A DNA stretch of 64,000 nt, taken from contig OX597838.1 of the NCBI GenBank assembly GCA_951406725.2, positions 6,014,001 to 6,078,000 of the forward strand, written 5' to 3'. The translations under genes were made by a program, and so were the position numbers. Source of the stretch: Octopus vulgaris (Eukaryota). The notes under the pieces were generated by a model, which worked only from the letters and a program-made list of their open reading frames with translations, did not search any database and was not told the origin of the DNA. Of this stretch, positions 53,889 to 64,000 are shown one piece after another. Position 1 is the first letter of the stretch, and every line of letters begins with the position of its first letter.

Positions 53889-55655
53889 GTATATATATAT
53901 ACACGCACACACACATATTCCATGCGTATGTGCAGCTATAAGCGCGTGTATGTTACAAAATGCAGTATTTCTTTCATCGTTTAACTTATAACAAATAATT
54001 TTATTGAAAGAATATTATCGAAAGAAATAAACATATAAAAAGTTTTATAATATCTGGAATGTGTAAGAGAAAAAGAAACCAAGTAGAATATGGGGAGATG
54101 CGCCCTGGGCTTTGTTTCTCATGTTCTTATACGAAACGTTTTGTATTCCGGTAAACGAATATATATATATATATATGTATATTGATTTAAAAACCAGCGA
54201 TTTCGTATTCTAGTTAGATGATTTCAAACTTCAAAATTTGGGAACCATTTAAACCACGTATATGAGACTACGATAACTTAAATGCCTGGAAACAAAAACG
54301 AAAAATAATATGGTCACAATAATTGACTTTCGCGTGAAACTATGCACTTCTGTAGCTGCGAACGTTGTATCCGTAACTGTTGTATAATCGATTACTAATC
54401 CTTAGACACTTCTCTTGAATATATACACACACACGCATGCACACACATACACAATTTCTCTTTCTCTATATATATATGTATACAAATATATATATATATA
54501 TATATATGAGTTGTGGGTGTGTGAATATTTCCATGTGCGTATGTGTGTGTGTGTGTCGATATATATATATATGCACATGTATGTATGGATGGAAATGACT
54601 AGTTTTAAAAATGCGTTATGCATATATAAGATATAGGGAAATGACCGGTCTGAAAAATGCGTATATATAAGATTACGGTGCGAAGTGTTCCATTATTAGG
54701 TGACCTCAATCGTATATTACAGGTAATTCAAAGTGTGATATCTGTCTAGAGGAAATGTATTATATAATTACTACAGAATTAGAATTACTAAATTGTAGAA
54801 ACAATCTACTATTGCAATTTTTCCATAGATATAGAAGAGCATTTAAATATTTCAATAGTAAACAGCTTCGGAATTGTTGTTTTTGCTGTAATATAACATG
54901 CACAAAACACACAGACACAAATTGTTAAATCGTACGTAGATATTTGCAATAATCTTGTTGTAGGAAAGCCTTTGTTATAAAACATAACCTTGAATATTAT
55001 ATTTCGGATATACCTGAAATGTATAGATATTTGTCTGCGTGTATATCTGTCTATATTGTTTTAACGGAACGAATAAGTTCCGTAACACAGATTTCGAGTG
55101 TTTGCCTAAGAAGGCTATAAGTGTGAGGATCAAATCCGATTTTATTTTCTTTGGAAAATTCACTATACTATAGCAGTAGCGTTTCGAGTGTGTTTTTTTC
55201 TAGCTATGGACTTACCATTGTATTAAAAACAAAATTTCAGGATTATATCGAAAATAATACCACATTAATACATTGACAAAACCAGCAAACTAGAAGCTAA
55301 TGATGCATTCTGATACTGTAATTGCCGAATCTCTGTAAATATATCTAATGGTGTTATATTCCTATATAAGCGGATATCAAACGTAGTTTGTTTTCTTCAT
55401 TTTTTTGTGTGTGTGATTGTGTCTATTTGTGAAATGTGTATCATAGTGAGTGAAGATGAGTATTAGTCGATTTGTCTCGTAGATGCAATCGAGATAAATA
55501 TTCCAATTTACACAGGCATATGTCATCGTTTGAGCTGTTGAACTCTCTGTCTGTCTGTCTTCGCCCTTCTCTCTCTCCCTCCCCCTCTCTCTCTCTATAT
55601 ATATATATACTTGTGTATATATTTATATATTTACATATATATCTATATGCATGTG

Positions 55656-55696
<41 letters not shown>

Positions 55697-56199
55697 CTAT
55701 ATACTTGTGTATACATACTCACTAACACACATATATGTATAAATATGTATGTATAGATATATACACACATATGTAGATATATGTGTGTACGCTTCTAGAG
55801 ACTTTTTAGTTTCAGTAACTTTATAAATGTGAAGTACGTCCATTTCATTAACTAGTGTGCATATCTATTTGTATTGCATGTTTATATATATATACATACA
55901 TACATACATACATACATATAGATAAATATAGATATAGATATATTTAAAGCGTTTCTGTTCATGCATAGTTTGTGTTAATTATAGTATCATGTCAATAGGT
56001 TGTAGATGTGTCCAGACATGGCACATGCAAAATGATACATAATTATACAATGCAGACTTATACGTTCCATAAATATAAAACTTATTTACAACGCAAGCAA
56101 TTTGGGAAAATAACCAGTTTCCTGCTAGACAGATCCTCTGTGTCAGTCTCCTCTATTAAATATACCGAGATTCGACGGAATATATAAAAAGCTGTTTAT

Positions 56200-56435
56200 A
56201 GGTAGGTATGTACGTAAGTATGTACGTATGTATATGCGTATGTATGTATATAAGTATGTATATCATATGTATTTACGTAGATATATTACTACTTCTAATC
56301 AATCACATGATTTATGATTTCTCATTTCAACAAATTTACCTGAGTTAGGTATATGCGTATACATGCATATATTCATATATACGCAAATGCACATCTACAC
56401 ACACACACAAACAATTACACACACTCACACACATA

Positions 56436-56485
<50 letters not shown>

Positions 56486-56710
56486 CTTGTGTGTGTATAT
56501 ATGTATGTATGTGTGTATATATGTATGTATGTATGTATATATGTATGTATGTGTGTGTGTATATGTATGTGTGTATATATATATATGTATGTGTGTGTAT
56601 ATATGTATATATATATATGTATGTGTGTGTATATATGTATATATATATGTATGTGTGTGTATATATGTATATATATATGTGTGTGGGTGTATATGTATGT
56701 GTGTATATAT

Positions 56711-56756
<46 letters not shown>

Positions 56757-56764
56757 TTATATAC

Positions 56765-56800
<36 letters not shown>
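56200..56800. repeat. Compound TA/TG/TATG microsatellite
   Basis: Direct reading. Confidence 0.95.
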
Positions 56801-56807
<7 letters not shown>

Positions 56808-57523
56808 TACGCCTGAAATGGCACATCGTATTACGGCGTATGAATATATTTATCTCAGCAATAACCGTGCTCGATAAATGATTGAAGAATACTGTTCCTC
56901 TTTGCGTAATTGTTTTATTTATTATATAATTATGAACCACAATAAGACGTTTCTATTTTCACCATTATTCCATTACATCGGTCTGTGATCAGAGATCTTT
57001 GTTCTTTTTACTGTACTCAGTAAACCGGAGATATCACTCTCCATCACACACACACAAACAGAGGAATACCAATGTTATTCTTCTAAACGCTGATACTCTC
57101 TCTCCCTGTCACGAAGAACATAAGTAAACACTGCAAAGAATAGACACGACTTCGTTGATTTCATGCTTTAATATTAACTCTGCTTTTTGTGTATATATAT
57201 ATACACAAATTTAATGGTAAACTGAATACGAAATAGTCATAAACAGACAATAAAATCTCACGGTACCATTTCGTATTCATTATTTCCGATATAATATATT
57301 TATAAGCAGAGAATTTTCTTTGTGTATGTTACATTGTAAATGTACATGTATTTAAATAAACATGATTCAGAAATGCTACTCTGTGCTATGTTCACAAAAA
57401 TAATCGTCATTTTGTGGTCACATTTGATATAGGTAAGGATTATATGTATATATAAACAATTGCAGCGTGGAAGGTGTTTATAAGCCATTTAAGAAACACA
57501 CAAAAGCCGTTCGATTCACTTCA

Positions 57524-57579
<56 letters not shown>

Positions 57580-57724
57580 ATACATATATAGATATAAACA
57601 TATAAACACACATATATATAGAGAGATGGATAGATAGATATGCATACACATAGATAGATATGCATACATATATACGTATATATAAAGATACGCACGCACA
57701 CACACACACGTATATTTATATATG

Positions 57725-57758
<34 letters not shown>

Positions 57759-58156
57759 TAGATAGATATACACACATATACACACATGTATACATATATG
57801 GGTGTGTATGTGTGTGTGTGTATGTGTGTGTGTCTTGTTTCGTCTGCAAATGAGTATACGCATGACGCCCTTTTCATTTGTTTATGTAAGTGTATTAATA
57901 TTTTTGTGTATATTCTATTAAGATCATATTAGTCTTCCGGTGCAGCAATCTGGTGCACATATTTACGCGCGAAACACACACACATACACATGCTCCTTTT
58001 TATTGAAGGATACTTCTTTCTATTACGTATACTCTGTTCCAGTGTGCCCGGAAACAATAGAGAAAACTGAAAACTACGAAAATGGAAAATGAAGACAATA
58101 AAATGACATCAAATTTAATAAACATGATCCATTAATTATCCATACAAACACACACT

Positions 58157-58198
<42 letters not shown>

Positions 58199-58280
58199 CC
58201 CCACACAGACATATGTTAATATGGATGTACACATACAGGTTGAGTTCATTTCGTTTTATAAATATTATATTTACATATAC

Positions 58281-58580
58281 GTGGAGGCGAAATGGCCTAG
58301 TGGTTAGGGCAGTGGAATCGCTGTCGCAGGATCGCGGTTTCGATTCCCAGACCGGGCGTTGTGTGTGTTTATTGAGCGAAAACACATAAAAGCTCCATGA
58401 GCCTCCAGCAGGGGAGTGGTGGCGACCTCTGTTGTACTCTTTCACCACTCTTTCTTCTGTTGGCCTGCTCGCTTAGACAGCGGGGTGGCGTCATTCGAAG
58501 GCCAAAACAATGCAAACGCATTATGACCAGCGATGTGTAACAACATCTGATGGTCTGGTCGGTCACGTGAATATCACGTG
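58281..58580 (+). mobile_element. Full-length SINE, head C with tail 3, 14-bp TSD
   Basis: A-box TGGCCTAGTGG, B-box GTTTCGATTCC; TSD ATATTTACATATAC at 58267-58280 and 58581-58594; tail ends in TCACGTGA x2. Confidence 0.92.
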
Positions 58581-59476
58581 ATATTTACATATACAGGCAT
58601 ATGTGTCTAAGTGGGCGTGAGTGCGTGTGCATGTATGCATGGGTGTGTGTGTGTGTGTGTGCACGTGTATTTGCGCATGAGCATGTTTTTGCGTGTTTGT
58701 TCTGAGCAAGAGTAATAATGCATCTTGTGGAATAATTAATCTATTATTTGTACCTAATTACTGAATTCCCCTCTATTACATTCATTTACTCTAAACGACG
58801 CTTCGTCCTGGCGCAATAAACTCAACGCTGAAATATATCTATACAGCCCGCACACACATGAGTGTGAATATATATATAAGTAGGTGAATGAATTATCCTA
58901 TGTTTATCGTCAGCATGGAAGATTGCATAATGTACCTTTTATTCCTTCGGAATAAAAATATGCTGTCTTCGAAAGATATGTCGAGAGTAAAGGAATTTTG
59001 TTGACATCTTCGTTCGACTCCATTCTTTCATTCATTATATATATATATATATATATCAAGCGCTCATCTGCTGTCATCAGTTACTTATTATTTGCTTCTC
59101 TTTTTCTGACTCTCTTCTCACCAGAGCTTATCCACTTCAACACACATTTCACCTACTCCGACCGACTCTGCTCAACCGATTATTTCACATAGTGACGTTC
59201 TAAAGTTCGATTTTACTAAACAACCTCAACACAGTGACATAATCTCTCTTTTGCCTCTCGCTTCCTCTCTTATGATATCCGCTCGTATTATTTTCTTCAT
59301 TTTGTCTGCCCAAAACCTTAGAAAACCAAACAATAAACTCCTTTACATCCTCCAAAACGTCTGTCTCATAAATGTGACGACGTCCTCCTCTTGATCCGTT
59401 TTCCAATTTCATTAATTAGCCTAAAATATTCATATACCCTCAATCTCTCATTTAATACTTATTGGCTATATAGACA

Positions 59477-59886
59477 CTATACTCTTTTACTCTTTTTACT
59501 TGGTTCAGTCATTTGACTGCGGCCTTGCTGGAGCACCGCCTTTAGTCGAGCAAATCGACCCCGGGACTTATTCTTTGTAAGCCCAGTACTTATTCTATCG
59601 GTCTCTTTTGCCGAACCGCTAAGTGACGGGGACGTAAACACACCAGCATCGGTTGCCAAGCAATGCTAGGGGAACAAACACAGACACACAAACATATTCA
59701 CACACACTTATATATATATATACATATATACGACATGTTTCTTTCAGTTTCCGTCTACCAAATCCACTCACAAGGCATTGGTCGGCCCGGGCTATAGCAG
59801 AAGACACTTGCCCAAGATGCCACGCAGTGGGACTGAACCCGGAACCATGTGGTTGGTTAGCAAGCTACTTACCAAACAGCCACTAT
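59477..59886 (-). mobile_element. Young near-full-length family-A SINE
   Basis: Minus strand: gtggctgtttggtaag A-box, gggttcagtccc B-box, tcttgggcaagtg CORE-like segment, internal microsatellite, 3' stem-loop CAGTCA/TGACTG, (GTAAAAGA)n tail. Confidence 0.93.
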
Positions 59887-61454
59887 GCTTTTATTTGTAA
59901 GGTGTTCTGATTAATACTGTGGCTACGAAAGAAATCACTCGGTACACGCTGTAATATAGTTAGTTAGGAGTGACATCAATGCGTAGAAACGAGGAAATGA
60001 GATATTGGAGCAGAAAGTGGATCGTGCTCGGTGAGAGGTAATCGTTAAACAGTAAAGCATAAGCATTATGACTGGGCATTTTACTTGCACGTCATTGGTC
60101 GGGTAATTCCTCCGTTAGCGACATGTGTTCCGTTTTATATTTACCCTTTTTCTGATAGGCGTATCCCGCCAGCTTTAAAAGATTTTATCTCTTTGTGATA
60201 GAAATATTGTTCTTGTGTTGTGAGGTATGTTATACGGTAGGGATATGATATTTGTTAATATTCTTTCCTTGCTTTGCTTTGTAGTGCGTTGCTATTGAAC
60301 ATTCTGGTAAATGCATAGCACCATAACCAAACGGTGTTGTGCTTAATGGGATGAATATTTTGGAATCGAGATATTTGCAGCTTCTATAATTTTAATGAAA
60401 TATGTGAATGTTACTAATGAAATCTAGCGTTGGAGTTGTCATATTTATCTAAATGAGACAACCAGCTAGAAACTTAGGTATTGAGGAAACCAACAACACA
60501 CCAATTCCTGATAATGACTCTGAGTTAGTCTGGAAGCGTCCGGAGAAATTGATTTAACCAAACTAACTGGAACGTACGGAAAAATCCAAAGAATGAAAGC
60601 TGAACTGCAAAAATTACGCTATGGTTGCGAAGCAAAGTTACTCTTTCGGACATGTCTTAAACTCATTCAGAGCGTGACTAAGAAATATTTTCAGTTATAA
60701 ATTTAAATTTCTGATGCGATATTTCTCAGAAAGAATGACTCATATTATTTTTTCCGCTTGTTATTCAGCTTCGTTCCGTGCATGGCAAATCGGTTGTAAT
60801 TGGTGTTGGACAGCAAACCAATGATAGGAAACAGAATCCTACTAGTACAGTAGAAACCGGTGCGCTGACGCATATAAGTCGCACACAAATAATGATTTTC
60901 TTAGCAATCTATCTACATTCACACAAAATCAGACATGGCAAATGTCTACATATTACCCTACTCATATTACTAAAGAAACACAACAGTACTGTCTTTTAAT
61001 CTTGGATACACTGTTAGTGAAATATCAAGGGAAAGGTTAAAGTTTTGGTGGCCAAATAGCAATGACACGAAGCTAAAAGAGAAATATCTACATTTAAGTC
61101 AATTATGAAAAAAAAATATCATCTCATCTATATCCGATATGTTGCATAAAATACATGTATAAGTTTAAATTAGCTACACGGCAAACATACACACATATTA
61201 CTTACACAGAGGCACACACATACACACACACACACATTTTATCATATATCAATGGTGCCAAGTATTCTCGCTGATAGATTCAATGAGTGTCTGTATATCT
61301 ATGTTTGCATTCGCCTATTGAGAGGAAAATATCGATTTACAGAGTTATTGATCTGTATCGGAGGATAAAATAGCTAAATTGATGGGAAATTATATAGCTT
61401 GATAGGTGTGTGTGCATACTTAGATATATACATATACATGTACAGACGTGTACG

Positions 61455-61456
61455 TC

Positions 61457-61525
<69 letters not shown>

Positions 61526-61654
61526 GTGTGTGTGACTATGTGTGCATGTAAATATGTATGCATGTACATATGTATGTGTGCATGTATATATGTATGTGTG
61601 TGTATATATATATATATATATATGTGCGTGTATGTGTGTATATATATATTTATA

Positions 61655-61685
<31 letters not shown>

Positions 61686-61730
61686 TCATACACACACACA
61701 TATACATATATATATATCTGTATGTATGCA

Positions 61731-61761
<31 letters not shown>

Positions 61762-61884
61762 CTGTATGTATGCATATATATATATATATATATATATATC
61801 TGTATGTATGTATATATGTGTATATATATTTGTATGTGTATGTATGTATTTGTGTGTATATATATTTATGCAAATATACATATC

Positions 61885-61927
<43 letters not shown>

Positions 61928-61930
61928 GTG
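61455..61930. repeat. (TC)n-(TA)n compound microsatellite
   Basis: Direct reading. Confidence 0.95.
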
Positions 61931-63524
61931 CACTAACATACAATCAAGCCTTAATATGCAGCGTTAGTGGAGAGACGGAGAGTGAATGAGGAGATTTGTG
62001 TATGAATGATATTTTGGAGGATAATGCGATTAATAAAACATAACAAATTATCAGCTAAGCATATTACAAACATTGAGAATCCTAGGCATTCATACACTCT
62101 ATACATTTATCTAATCACGTAATTATGATGTTTGATTTCTATCGATGACGTCATGGAAATATGTAACTTATCGAACGACGTGTTTTAGGAATTTATCTAC
62201 ATGATTTCCGTTTCAGGAAATGAATTTAGTTCAGGTTTTTTTTAGTCATAATCACATATATGGAACTTAACTGTTACGCGCTCTTACTACACAAAATCTG
62301 ATATTAACAGAGACACAAAGACCACACAGACACACACACTTGCGCACACGCACATACAGACGCCTCCACAGAAGTTCTTATAACAGCCAAAATATAGGCT
62401 TCGAGTGCGTGAAATATTCCATTTTCGGAACAGTGAATCTGGAAGCATTCAAACTATTATATAGTAGCCGGTAAATGTTGGCTAAAACCCATTCAGAATA
62501 CGAATTTTAAAGGTTGTCTACTATAGGATTCGAAACCGCATTTCCTTTAAGTATGATAAAGATATTCACATGAATATCCTACTTTTTCTGAAATTTTTTT
62601 TTTTTTTTTTGGGCCAAGTAGTACAACGCTTGTTATGTTTCCAAGAGAAGCAGTTTCGAATTCCAGAGGCAGTCTTAGGCATATTCTGCGAAAGCATTTT
62701 AATCCACCTTATTACCATATTTACAAAGCAATGAGATGGTAGAATCGTTTGCACGCTTGACGAAATACTTAGCAATTTTTCATGCGTCGCTGTCAACAAA
62801 ATAAGGCGCAATTTGCTTCTAAAGTAAGCTAAAATTAACTGCTATCAAATGTCAAAAGGAAAATTAACAACACATATAACATAGACAAAAGTCAATCAAA
62901 AATATCATAGCTCTATTTGCGAAAAGTGAAATTAGTTTCTTGCCAACCCAATAATATTGCTAGTTTTAGTAAGTATATGCGTATTGGGCAAATTTCAACA
63001 CCCGTGAAGTTGCTAATCCAATTATTCCCACCCCTATTTTGTGAATAATCTACTCTGCCAACGTCTAGGTGAATGCTTTCGTTTTAATAAGAATTGAGAA
63101 TGCGAAATTTCTGTTGCCCGATCCTCAAATCATGTATAGTTTAAGATATTATTTGATGTGCTACTCAATCTGACGTCACAGAATGAATTAAATATACATG
63201 TGAGCCTGTGTAGGCGCGCGCACGTACGTCAAAGCTTCTTGCGCAGGACGAAGTCATTGTGGGAATATTCATTTAATTAGAATTGTAAGTGTATTACATA
63301 TATATCTTGAGATTAAAGACAGAGTAGGTATTTCACTTGTGTAATGTGCGATGTCGAAATTAATTATATCGGAGTCAGTAAAGAAGAGAGTCTTTGACAA
63401 TCTCTCAACGCAAGATTTAAAGTGAGACATTCAACCATCAATCGTTTAATACTTATGAAAGTGCTTACATGAAGCCATTGCATATACTTCCACACAGCAT
63501 AATTAATACGTTTATACGCAATAT

Positions 63525-63847
63525 ATTCATATACATACATACATATATATATATATATATGTATATACATATACATGTATATATATCCATATATATGCAT
63601 GTATATATATATGTATATATATCCATATATATGCATGTATATATATGTATATATATCCATATATATGCATGTATATATATATGTATATATATTCATATAT
63701 ATGTATATATATTCATATATATGCATGTATATTTATATATATACAGGCATATATATGCATATATATTTATAAGCATATGTATTCATATACGTGCATATAT
63801 ATTTATATATATACAGGCATATATATGCATTCATATACGTACATATA

Positions 63848-63890
<43 letters not shown>
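63525..63890. repeat. TA-derived minisatellite (ATCCATATATATGCATG units)
   Basis: Direct reading. Confidence 0.93.
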
Positions 63891-63891
<1 letters not shown>

Positions 63892-63944
63892 GATGAAAGA
63901 GAGGGGTACAGTTAATATTACTGTTGTTATAGTTATTATTACTG

Positions 63945-64000
63945 GCGAGCTGGTGGTTAGAGCAGCAGACTCGCTTTCGATGGATCACGGGTTTGAATCT
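63945..64000 (+). mobile_element. tRNA-like head of a SINE (family C-like), cut by the window edge
   Basis: ggtggttagagcagcagactcgc..gatcacgggtttgaatc. Confidence 0.6.

Noticed and set aside
58283-58352. tRNA gene-like sequence (also 7229, 25445, 63945)
   Set aside because: A/B boxes continue into SINE bodies (TSD-flanked at 25200 and 58281); no proper acceptor stem, so these are SINE heads, not tRNAs
60480-60700. Coding-looking stretch (GEIDLTKLTGTYGKIQRMKAELQKLRY..)
   Set aside because: No family recognised, bounded by stops, no splice support

Overview
AT-rich, repeat-saturated, non-coding eukaryotic DNA (intergenic or a large intron). The SINE families and extreme (TA)n/(TATG)n/(CA)n density resemble an octopus (coleoid cephalopod) genome; this is inferred from recalled repeat families, not from a search. 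I find no credible host protein-coding exon, rRNA, true tRNA or CRISPR array. Nearly all long ORFs in the track are microsatellite translations. The window contains: (i) many tRNA-headed SINEs, given working labels A-F here, several with clean TSDs, nested insertions, swapped tails and one tandem array; (ii) LINE fragments (RTE 3' ends, a CR1-group 3' end whose tail and stem-loop match SINE A, and several fossil RT domains); (iii) two non-autonomous Helitrons and two mariner remnants; (iv) two ~110-bp-arm foldback palindromes, an exact 84-bp duplication and a minisatellite with an inverted seed; (v) most notably, short Penelope-like elements carrying minimal hammerhead ribozyme motifs. Three copies have non-canonical cores, covarying stems and abut (TA)n tracts; a fourth has a canonical CUGAUGA core.
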